From IMG/VR virus record IMGVR_UViG_2663763154_000010: a DNA stretch of 10,342 nucleotides; one strand, given 5' to 3'. This document shows, piece after piece, positions 1 through 7,261 of the stretch (the first letter of the stretch is position 1; each line of letters opens with the position of its first letter). Origin of the DNA: a virus (lineage: Duplodnaviria; Heunggongvirae; Uroviricota; Caudoviricetes). The translations under genes and the position numbers were made by a program. The notes under the pieces were generated by a model. It ran no database searches, was not told the DNA's origin, and worked only from the letters and a program-made list of their open reading frames with translations.

Positions 1-516
1 CTGACTCATTTGAGTGGAAAGGATGTTGCCGGTCTTCTCGCATACCTTGGTTTGGGAGAAGGTTCTGCATTACCTGTTGGTGCGCCTGTTCCGTGGCCTT
101 CTGAGACACCTCCAACAGGCTGGATGAAATGCAACGGTGCGGTTTTTTCTGCTGAAGAATACCCGGAACTGGCAAAGGCTTATCCGACAAATAAATTGCC
201 TGATTTACGAGGTGAATTTATTCGTGGCTGGGATGACGGGCGTGATGTTGATAGTGGACGCGCTTTATTAAGCGAACAACTTGACGCTATGCAAAATGTT
301 ACGGGTTCTCTGATTGATAACACTATGGGGTCAGCTTCCTCAGCATCTGGAGTTTTTAATGTTGGTTCTAGTTCTGGGGTTAAATATGCCGCTCCATCAA
401 CTGGTAATGCATTTAGTTACTATGGTGTGACACTTGATTTATCCAGGAGTGCAAGAACATCAGCAGAAACAAGGCCACGTAACATTGCATTTAACTACAT
501 TGTAAGGGCAGCATGA
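1..516 (+). CDS. H: Tail fibre protein, C-terminal part (5' end lies upstream of the window); the variable receptor-binding domain in the currently expressed orientation
   Basis: Frame 1 is open from the window edge to TGA at 514-516. The translation ends ...TRPRNIAFNYIVRAA, a C-terminal signature recalled from Mu S / P1 S / P2 H-type fibres. The stop overlaps the start of the downstream assembly gene (ATGATG). Confidence 0.85.
   Translation: MTHLSGKDVAGLLAYLGLGEGSALPVGAPVPWPSETPPTGWMKCNGAVFSAEEYPELAKAYPTNKLPDLRGEFIRGWDDGRDVDSGRALLSEQLDAMQNVTGSLIDNTMGSASSASGVFNVGSSSGVKYAAPSTGNAFSYYGVTLDLSRSARTSAETRPRNIAFNYIVRAA
35..60. repeat. Left crossover site of the invertible segment (gix/hix/pix-like 26-bp site)
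   Basis: TTCTCGCATACC-TT-GGTTTGGGAGAA: two imperfect 12-bp half-sites fitting the TTCTCnnAAACC pattern around a central TT dinucleotide. Its distal 14 bp (47-60) are the exact inverted repeat of 1868-1881. Confidence 0.7.
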
Positions 517-1124
517 TGACCACAAAAAAAATCACTTTGGATGAAAACGGATTTGCCACAGAGGCTGGCTTCATTACCGTTTACAACTACAACGGAGAAA
601 CGCGGGAATATATTTCCATATCAACTGAATATCTTGCGGTTGGCGTCGGTATCCCGGCATGTTCTTGTTTAGATGCACCAGTTACACATAAGGCTGGTTA
701 TGCAATCTGCCGTTCTGCAGATTTTAACTCATGGGAATATGTGCCAGACCATCGCGGTGAAATCGTCTTTAGCACCGAAACAGGAGAATCAAAAGAAATC
801 ACAGCTCCGGGTGATTACCCTGATAATACAACCACTATCGCCCCGTTAACACCATACGATAAATGGGATGGTGAGAAATGGGTGACGGATACCGATGCAC
901 AGCATAGCGCCGCAGTAGATGCAGCAGAAGCACAACGCCAGTCGCTGATTGATACTGCAATGGCTTCCATCAGTCTGATTCAACTGAAATTGCAGGCCGG
1001 GCGGAAGCTGACGCAGCCAGAAAACACCCGACTTAACGCTGTGCTGGATTACATTGACGCGGTGACGGCAACAGATACCAGCACCGCGCCGGATGTCATC
1101 TGGCCTGAACTGCCGGAGGCGTAG
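513..1124 (+). CDS. Tail fibre assembly protein (chaperone for the + orientation fibre)
   Basis: 203-aa ORF translationally coupled to the fibre gene (ATGA overlap), with AAGGG 5 nt upstream. The C-terminal region ...DTAMASISLIQLKLQAGRKLTQPENTRLNAVLDYIDAVTATDTSTAPDVIWPELPEA resembles the Tfa/gpG/Mu U family C-terminus. Confidence 0.85.
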   Translation: MMTTKKITLDENGFATEAGFITVYNYNGETREYISISTEYLAVGVGIPACSCLDAPVTHKAGYAICRSADFNSWEYVPDHRGEIVFSTETGESKEITAPGDYPDNTTTIAPLTPYDKWDGEKWVTDTDAQHSAAVDAAEAQRQSLIDTAMASISLIQLKLQAGRKLTQPENTRLNAVLDYIDAVTATDTSTAPDVIWPELPEA

Positions 1125-1515
1125 GCCATTCAATATCGAGTGCTGTTAAAGTATTAATACGCATCAATAGCACGCGATATTTTTTCCATGCCAGTAACAG
1201 TTTCGTTTCATCATCTGTTGCCATACCTAAATCAACCGCATCCTGAAGCGGCGCTATTACATTCGTTGCCTCTGCTATCAGTGCAGATTTCTTTTCATCA
1301 TTTATTAAGGCTAATTGTTCTGGTGTTGGAGAAGGACGGTCAACAATGACAGGGTGACCGTTCTCACCACAGGTAATCATTTTTGTTACACTCTGTGAGT
1401 TAATCAGTGTTTTCCACTCTGATTCCGAGATTTCCACTGCATCATCAGGAATATTGGTGCCGTGAAATTCAGTCGAATAAAATCCGTTTGTCGATGCAGA
1501 ATAAAAATATGACAT
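1096..1515 (-). CDS. Alternative tail fibre assembly protein (for the inverted orientation)
   Basis: The - strand ORF ends ...MATDDETKLLLAWKKYRVLLMRINTLTALDIEWPTPPAVQAR, matching the Tfa family C-terminus. The start is placed at the Met of MSYFYSASTNGFY (ATG at 1513-1515), 4 nt after the stop of the upstream silent fibre cassette. In-frame starts at 1548, 1563 and 1611 are possible, so the 5' end is uncertain. Confidence 0.7.
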   Translation of the reverse strand: MSYFYSASTNGFYSTEFHGTNIPDDAVEISESEWKTLINSQSVTKMITCGENGHPVIVDRPSPTPEQLALINDEKKSALIAEATNVIAPLQDAVDLGMATDDETKLLLAWKKYRVLLMRINTLTALDIEWPTPPAVQAR

Positions 1516-1519
1516 TTCG

Positions 1520-1881
1520 TTAATATCCCATTGCAATGTAATACGCATCAGCAGATGAACCATATCCTGAACCGGGCGACACTGTAATATTAAATCCAGT
1601 GTTATGGACATTTGTCGCCGATACAGTCGGCTGCCCTGACGCGCCAGTAACGTTCAATGTAACTGTGACAGCAAGGACTCTTGAGAATGTCATCGGGAAC
1701 CTCATCCCGTATGTTGAAGATACATTCGGGGAGCCATTCAACTGACCGCACTGTAAAATTAATCCAGACGGAAATTTTTGCGCAGCAGCCGTTGCGGTAT
1801 TACTTGACGCGAACAGGCTCATATCAGGTATCTGATTCGCCCCTGTACCTACATTCCTTTTAGCCGCTTCTCCCAAACCAA
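1520..1881 (-). CDS. Silent alternative tail fibre C-terminal cassette (expressed only after inversion fuses it to the constant N-terminal part of the fibre gene)
   Basis: The - strand frame is open from the right crossover site to TAA at 1520-1522. It encodes GLGEAAKRNVGTGANQIPDMS...YYIAMGY. The GLGE codons at the crossover are identical to those at the left site, and the core dinucleotide occupies codon positions 2-3 in both, so inversion gives an in-frame fusion. Confidence 0.75.
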
Positions 1882-1893
1882 CGTTTATGAAAA
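1868..1893. repeat. Right crossover site of the invertible segment
   Basis: TTCTCCCAAACC-AA-CGTTTATGAAAA; the first 14 bp are the exact reverse complement of 47-60. The central AA is the complement of the left-site TT, as expected for sites in inverted orientation. Confidence 0.7.
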
Positions 1894-1948
1894 TGCAGAG
1901 ATAACGGGCAACTGGCATCATCTCCGGTTTTTATTCAGGGGGATGCTC

Positions 1949-2542
1949 ATGCTTATTGGCTATGTACGCGTGTCAACAAATGACCAGAACACGGAATTGC
2001 AGCGTAATGCGCTGGAGTGTGCAGGATGTGAGCTGATTTTTGAGGATAAAATCAGCGGCACGAAGTCTGACCGACCGGGACTGAAAAAACTGCTCAGAAC
2101 ATTATCAGCAGGTGACACTCTGGTAGTCTGGAAGCTGGACAGGCTGGGGCGTAGTATGCGGCATCTGGTCATTCTGGTTGAGGAACTGCGCGAACGCGGC
2201 GTTAATTTTCGCAGCCTGACAGATGCTATTGATACCAGCACGCCGATGGGGCGTTTTTTCTTTCATGTGATGGGTGCCCTGGCAGAAATGGAGCGAGAAC
2301 TCATTGTCGAGCGGACACGCGCCGGACTGGAAGCAGCCAGAGCCAAAGGTCGTATTGGTGGCAGACGACCGAAACTCACCACGAGTGAGTGGGAGCAGGT
2401 CGGACGGTTGCTGGCTGCGGGGGAATCTCGTCAACGTGTGGCGCTGATTTTTGATATTGGCCTGTCCACGCTCTATAAAAAATTCCCCTCATCAGCGACA
2501 AAGAATAAATTGTGTCATCCCTTAGCCAACCGGGACAAATAG
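1949..2542 (+). CDS. Site-specific DNA invertase, serine recombinase (Gin/Hin/Pin/Cin family)
   Basis: The translation from the third Met, MLIGYVRVSTNDQNTELQRNAL...GRRPKLT...STLYKKFP, has the resolvase/invertase N-terminal catalytic domain with the active-site Ser in the YVRVS motif and a C-terminal helix-turn-helix. AGGGGG lies 7 nt upstream of the ATG at 1949. The ORF track start at 1943 is too close to that RBS. Confidence 0.93.
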   Translation: MLIGYVRVSTNDQNTELQRNALECAGCELIFEDKISGTKSDRPGLKKLLRTLSAGDTLVVWKLDRLGRSMRHLVILVEELRERGVNFRSLTDAIDTSTPMGRFFFHVMGALAEMERELIVERTRAGLEAARAKGRIGGRRPKLTTSEWEQVGRLLAAGESRQRVALIFDIGLSTLYKKFPSSATKNKLCHPLANRDK

Positions 2543-2601
2543 CCTGACATCTCCGGCACAACTGAAAATACCACTCACCTATTAACCACGGAGTTAAACG
2601 G

Positions 2602-3792
2602 ATGAGTGACTATCATCACGGCGTGCAGGTGCTGGAGATTAACGACGGCACCCGCGTCATTTCCACCGTATCCACCGCCATTGTCGGCATGGTCTGCACA
2701 GCCAGCGATGCGGATGCGGAAACCTTCCCCCTCAATAAACCGGTGCTGATTACCAATGTGCAGAGCGCAATTGCAAAGGCCGGTAAAAAAGGCACGCTGG
2801 CGGCATCGTTGCAGGCCATCGCCGACCAGTCAAAACCGGTCACCGTTGTCGTGCGTGTGGAAGATGGCACCGGTGACGACGAGGAAACGAAACTCGCGCA
2901 GACCGTTTCCAATATCATCGGCACCACCGACGAAAACGGTCAGTACACCGGACTGAAAGCCCTGCTGGCGGCGGAATCGGTAACCGGTGTTAAACCGCGT
3001 ATTCTCGGCGTGCCGGGACTGGACACCAAAGAGGTGGCTGTTGCACTGGCATCAGTCTGTCAGAAGCTGCGCGCTTTCGGGTATATCAGCGCATGGGGCT
3101 GTAAAACCATTTCCGAGGTGAAAGCCTACCGCCAGAATTTCAGCCAGCGTGAGCTGATGGTCATCTGGCCGGATTTCCTCGCATGGGATACGGTCAGCAG
3201 CACCACCGCCACCGCGTATGCCACCGCCCGTGCGCTGGGGCTGCGCGCTAAAATCGACCAGGAGCAGGGCTGGCATAAAACGCTGTCCAATGTCGGGGTA
3301 AACGGTGTTACCGGCATCAGTGCCTCTGTATTCTGGGATTTGCAGGAGTCCGGCACCGATGCTGACCTGTTGAACGAGTCAGGTGTCACAACGCTGATTC
3401 GCCGTGACGGTTTCCGCTTCTGGGGTAACCGTACCTGCTCGGATGACCCGCTGTTCCTTTTTGAAAACTATACCCGCACCGCGCAGGTGCTGGCCGACAC
3501 GATGGCTGAGGCGCACATGTGGGCGGTGGACAAGCCCATCACTGTAACGCTGATTCGCGACATCGTTGACGGCATCAATGCCAAATTCCGTGAGCTGAAA
3601 ACAAACGGCTATATCGTGGATGCGACCTGCTGGTTCAGCGAAGAATCCAACGATGCGGAAACCCTCAAGGCCGGAAAACTGTATATCGACTACGACTATA
3701 CACCGGTGCCTCCTCTTGAAAACCTGACCCTGCGCCAGCGTATTACCGATAAATACCTGGCAAATCTGGTCACCTCGGTTAACAGCAATTAA
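2602..3792 (+). CDS. FI: Contractile tail sheath protein
   Basis: 396 aa, the same length as P2 gpFI. The N-terminus MSDYHHGVQVLEINDGTRVISTVSTAIVGMV is recalled from P2-family sheath proteins. GGAG RBS; position upstream of FII-E-T-U-D. Confidence 0.95.
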   Translation: MSDYHHGVQVLEINDGTRVISTVSTAIVGMVCTASDADAETFPLNKPVLITNVQSAIAKAGKKGTLAASLQAIADQSKPVTVVVRVEDGTGDDEETKLAQTVSNIIGTTDENGQYTGLKALLAAESVTGVKPRILGVPGLDTKEVAVALASVCQKLRAFGYISAWGCKTISEVKAYRQNFSQRELMVIWPDFLAWDTVSSTTATAYATARALGLRAKIDQEQGWHKTLSNVGVNGVTGISASVFWDLQESGTDADLLNESGVTTLIRRDGFRFWGNRTCSDDPLFLFENYTRTAQVLADTMAEAHMWAVDKPITVTLIRDIVDGINAKFRELKTNGYIVDATCWFSEESNDAETLKAGKLYIDYDYTPVPPLENLTLRQRITDKYLANLVTSVNSN

Positions 3793-3804
3793 GGAGCCTG
3801 ACCG

Positions 3805-4323
3805 ATGGCAATGCCGCGCAAACTCAAGTTAATGAACGTCTTTCTGAACGGCTACAGCTATCAGGGCGTCGCGAAGTCCGTCACGCTACCAAAACTGACC
3901 CGTAAGCTCGAAAACTATCGCGGTGCGGGGATGAACGGCAGCGCACCGGTAGACCTCGGCCTTGATGACGATGCGCTGTCAATGGAGTGGTCGCTCGGTG
4001 GCTTCCCGGATTCGGTTATCTGGGAGCTTTACGCCGCAACCGGTGTGGATGCCGTGCCGATTCGTTTTGCAGGCTCTTACCAGCGCGACGATACCGGCGA
4101 AACGGTGGCCGTCGAAGTGGTCATGCGTGGACGTCAGAAAGAAATCGACACCGGTGAGGGTAAACAGGGTGAAGACACCGAGTCGAAAATCTCCGTAGTC
4201 TGCACCTATTTCCGGCTGACGATGGACGGTAAGGAGCTGGTCGAAATCGACACCATCAACATGATTGAGAAGGTGAACGGCGTCGACCGGCTGGAGCAAC
4301 ACCGCCGCAATATCGGCCTGTAA
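3805..4323 (+). CDS. FII: Tail tube protein
   Basis: 172 aa with AAGGAG RBS, immediately after FI. The N-terminus MAMPRKLKLMNVFLNGYSYQGVAKSVTLPKL matches P2 gpFII. Confidence 0.95.
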   Translation: MAMPRKLKLMNVFLNGYSYQGVAKSVTLPKLTRKLENYRGAGMNGSAPVDLGLDDDALSMEWSLGGFPDSVIWELYAATGVDAVPIRFAGSYQRDDTGETVAVEVVMRGRQKEIDTGEGKQGEDTESKISVVCTYFRLTMDGKELVEIDTINMIEKVNGVDRLEQHRRNIGL

Positions 4324-4379
4324 TTTTCATCCGGTCAGCCAGGCTGACCGGTTAACCCTGATTCAGAAGTGAGAAAACC

Positions 4380-4655
4380 ATGAACAAAGAAAATGTGATT
4401 ACCCTGGACAATCCGGTCAAGCGTGGTGAGCAGGTCATCGAACAGGTCACGCTGATGAAACCCAATGCCGGGACGCTGCGCGGTGTCAGTCTGGCAGCGG
4501 TCGCGAACTCCGAAGTCGATGCACTGATTAAGGTGCTGCCGCGCATGACGGCACCGATGCTGACCGAGCAGGAAGTCGCCGCGCTGGAACTGCCTGACCT
4601 TGTGGCGCTGGCCGGTAAGGTGGTCGGTTTTTTGTCGCCGAACTCGGTGCAGTGA
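4380..4655 (+). CDS. E: Tail assembly chaperone E (zero-frame product)
   Basis: 91-aa ORF between the tube and tape-measure genes. It contains the slippery heptamer TTTTTTG at 4628-4634, 7 codons before its stop. Confidence 0.9.
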   Translation: MNKENVITLDNPVKRGEQVIEQVTLMKPNAGTLRGVSLAAVANSEVDALIKVLPRMTAPMLTEQEVAALELPDLVALAGKVVGFLSPNSVQ

Positions 4656-4807
4656 CGTTTCCGAAAAATCTGTCGGTCGATGACCTGATGGCGGATGTGG
4701 CAGTGATATTTCACTGGCCGCCATCAGAACTGTATCCCATGAGCCTGACCGAACTCATCACATGGCGCGAAAAGGCGCTCCGGCGAAGCGGAAACACGAA
4801 TGAGTAA
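4380..4807 (+). CDS. E+E': Tail assembly chaperone E+E' (programmed -1 translational frameshift product; slip at 4628-4634)
   Basis: The -1 frame downstream of T6G is open to TAA at 4805-4807 and encodes VAELGAVTFPKNLSVDDLMADVAVIFHWPPSELYPMSLTELITWREKALRRSGNTNE. The predicted fusion is 142 aa, and the E' end overlaps the start of T, as recalled for P2. Confidence 0.8.
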
Positions 4808-7247
4808 CAATGTAAAATTACAGGTATTACTCAGGGCAGTTGACCAGGCATCCCGCCCGTTTAAATCCATCCGTGCAGCGAGCAAATCGCTGTCGGGGGA
4901 TATCCGGGAAACACAAAAATCACTGCGCGAGCTGAACGGTCAGGCATCCCGTATTGAGGGATTTCGCAAGACCAGTGCACAGCTCGCCGTGACTGGTCAT
5001 GCACTTGAAAAGGCTCGGCAGGAAGCCGAAGCCCTTGCCACACAGTTTAAAAACACCGAACGTCCGACCCGTGCTCAGGCGAAAGTGCTGGAATCCGCAA
5101 AGCGTGCGGCGGAGGACTTACAGGCGAAATATAACCGCCTGACGGATTCCGTTAAACGCCAGCAGCGGGAACTGGCCGTTGTGGGAATTAATACCCGCAA
5201 TCTTGCACGTGATGAGCAGGGACTGAAAAACCGTATCAGTGAAACCACCGCACAGCTTAACCGTCAGCGTGATGCGCTGGCGCGTGTCAGTGCGCAACAG
5301 GCAAAACTTAACGCAGTAAAACAGCGTTATCAGGCAGGCAAGGAACTGGCCGGAAATATGGCCTCGGTGGGCGCTGCCGGTGTGGGGATTGCGGCGGCGG
5401 GAACGATGGCCGGAGTTAAGCTGCTGATGCCCGGTTATGAGTTTGCGCAGAAAAACTCAGAATTGCAGGCCGTGCTCGGAGTGGAAAAAGACTCCGCCGA
5501 AATGACCGCACTACGCAAACAGGCGCGCCAGCTCGGCGACAATACCGCCGCCTCGGCGGATGATGCGGCCGGTGCACAGATAATCATCGCGAAAGCGGGT
5601 GGGGATGTTGATGCCATTCAGGCGGCAACGCCGGTCACGCTGAATATGGCGCTGGCGAACCGCCGCACGATGGAAGAAAACGCCGCCCTGCTGATGGGGA
5701 TGAAATCCGCCTTTCAGCTTTCAAACGATAAGGTCGCTCATATCGGGGATGTTCTCTCCATGACGATGAACAAAACCGCCGCCGATTTTGACGGCATGAG
5801 CGATGCGCTGACCTATGCCGCACCTGTGGCAAAAAATGCCGGTGTCAGCATTGAAGAAACCGCCGCAATGGTCGGGGCGCTGCATGATGCAAAAATCACA
5901 GGCTCAATGGCGGGGACGGGAAGCCGTGCCGTGTTAAGCCGCCTGCAGGCACCGACGGGAAAAGCATGGGATGCACTCAAAGAGCTTGGAGTGAAAACCT
6001 CAGACAGCAAGGGAAACACCCGGCCAATATTTACCATTCTGAAAGAAATGCAGGCCAGTTTTGAGAAAAACCGGCTCGGTACTGCCCAGCAGGCTGAATA
6101 CATGAAAACTATTTTCGGGGAGGAGGCCAGCTCAGCCGCCGCCGTGCTGATGACTGCCGCCTCAACCGGAAAGCTGGACAAACTGACCGCTGCGTTTAAA
6201 GCCTCAGACGGGAAGACCGCAGAGCTGGTAAATATCATGCAGGACAACCTCGGCGGTGACTTTAAGGAGTTTCAGTCCGCTTATGAGGCGGTGGGGACTG
6301 ACCTGTTTGACCAGCAGGAAGGCGCACTGCGTAAGCTCACACAGACGGCCACAAAGTATGTGTTAAAACTCGACGGCTGGATACAGAAAAACAAATCACT
6401 GGCGTCAACCATTGGCCTCATTGCCGGTGGCGCGCTGGCGCTTACTGGCATCATCGGTGCCATTGGTCTTGTAGCCTGGCCGGTTATCACCGGTATCAAT
6501 GCCATCATCGCGGCAGCAGGCGCAATGGGGGCAATCTTCACGACGGTTGGCAGTGCCGTTATGACGGCCATCGGGGCGATTAGCTGGCCGGTTGTGGCCG
6601 TGGTGGCCGCTATTGTCGCCGGGGCGTTACTTATCCGTAAATACTGGGAGCCTGTCAGCGCATTCTTTGGCGGTGTGGTTGAAGGGCTGAAAGCGGCATT
6701 TGCGCCGGTGGGGGAACTGTTCACGCCACTTAAGCCGCTGTTTGACTGGCTGGGTGAAAAGTTACAGGCCGCGTGGCAGTGGTTTAAAAACCTGATTGCC
6801 CCGGTTAAAGCCACCCAGGACACCCTGAACCGTTGCCGTGACACGGGCGTCATGTTCGGGCAGGCACTGGCTGACGCGCTGATGCTGCCGCTTAATGCGT
6901 TCAACAAACTGCGCAGCGGTATTGACTGGGTACTGGAAAAACTCGGTGTTATCAACAAAGAGTCAGACACACTTGACCAGACCGCCGCAAGGACTCATGC
7001 CGCCACGTATGGCACCGGTGGTTATATTCCGGCGACCAGCTCTTATGCAGGTTATCAGGCTTATCAGCCAGTCACGGCACCGGCTGGCCGCTCTTATGTG
7101 GACCAGAGTAAAAACGAATATCACATCAGCCTGACGGGTGGTACTGCGCCGGGGACACAGCTTGACCGCCAGTTACAGGATGCACTCGAAAAATACGAGC
7201 GGGATAAACGTGCGCGCGCCCGTGCCAGCATGATGCATGACGGTTAA
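4800..7247 (+). CDS. T: Tail tape measure protein
   Basis: 815 aa, the same length as P2 gpT. The N-terminal region is rich in Q/R/A/L/E, consistent with coiled coil. There is a long Gly/Ala/Ile-rich hydrophobic block (about 6400-6660) and a C-terminal domain. It follows the E/E' frameshift pair as in other tail modules. Confidence 0.95.
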   Translation: MSNNVKLQVLLRAVDQASRPFKSIRAASKSLSGDIRETQKSLRELNGQASRIEGFRKTSAQLAVTGHALEKARQEAEALATQFKNTERPTRAQAKVLESAKRAAEDLQAKYNRLTDSVKRQQRELAVVGINTRNLARDEQGLKNRISETTAQLNRQRDALARVSAQQAKLNAVKQRYQAGKELAGNMASVGAAGVGIAAAGTMAGVKLLMPGYEFAQKNSELQAVLGVEKDSAEMTALRKQARQLGDNTAASADDAAGAQIIIAKAGGDVDAIQAATPVTLNMALANRRTMEENAALLMGMKSAFQLSNDKVAHIGDVLSMTMNKTAADFDGMSDALTYAAPVAKNAGVSIEETAAMVGALHDAKITGSMAGTGSRAVLSRLQAPTGKAWDALKELGVKTSDSKGNTRPIFTILKEMQASFEKNRLGTAQQAEYMKTIFGEEASSAAAVLMTAASTGKLDKLTAAFKASDGKTAELVNIMQDNLGGDFKEFQSAYEAVGTDLFDQQEGALRKLTQTATKYVLKLDGWIQKNKSLASTIGLIAGGALALTGIIGAIGLVAWPVITGINAIIAAAGAMGAIFTTVGSAVMTAIGAISWPVVAVVAAIVAGALLIRKYWEPVSAFFGGVVEGLKAAFAPVGELFTPLKPLFDWLGEKLQAAWQWFKNLIAPVKATQDTLNRCRDTGVMFGQALADALMLPLNAFNKLRSGIDWVLEKLGVINKESDTLDQTAARTHAATYGTGGYIPATSSYAGYQAYQPVTAPAGRSYVDQSKNEYHISLTGGTAPGTQLDRQLQDALEKYERDKRARARASMMHDG

Positions 7248-7261
7248 GGAGGTGACGAAAA

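Larger units (their letters stand above)
48..1880. other. Invertible DNA segment (Mu G-segment-like tail-fibre host-range switch)
   Basis: Bounded by inverted 26-bp sites at 35-60 and 1868-1893. Contains a fibre C-terminus and tfa on the + strand and a second tfa plus a promoterless fibre C-terminus on the - strand. A serine invertase gene lies immediately outside the right site. Confidence 0.75.

Noticed and set aside
1681-1863. 60-aa + strand ORF inside the silent fibre cassette
   Set aside because: Antisense to the longer - strand fibre C-terminal frame that is in-frame with the crossover site; no RBS; the translation is unremarkable.
1943-1948. Earlier ATG at 1943 as the invertase start
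   Set aside because: The AGGGGG Shine-Dalgarno ends 1 nt before it. The ATG at 1949 has proper spacing and gives the canonical MLIGYVRVS N-terminus of Gin/Pin-type invertases.
1960-2561. - strand ORFs (93, 109 and 61 aa) across the invertase gene
   Set aside because: Antisense to a strongly supported serine recombinase frame, with no supporting signals.
2616-3389. Small ORFs on both strands inside the sheath gene FI (2616-2927 -, 2756-2956 +, 3052-3276 -, 3126-3389 -)
   Set aside because: All are nested within the conserved 396-aa FI frame; alternative-frame artefacts.
4335-4724. - strand ORFs of 129 and 120 aa overlapping gene E and the E' frame
   Set aside because: They overlap a conserved frameshift chaperone locus on the opposite strand. 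The translations are Arg/His/Gln-rich, typical of antisense GC-rich coding DNA.
5813-6970. Long - strand ORFs (6281-6970, 229 aa; 5813-6247, 144 aa) inside the tape measure gene
   Set aside because: They lie antisense within a well-supported 815-aa gene in GC-rich, Ala/Gly-codon-rich DNA where antisense frames stay open by chance. The translations are low-complexity (Ser/Ala/Pro-rich), with no RBS or family resemblance.
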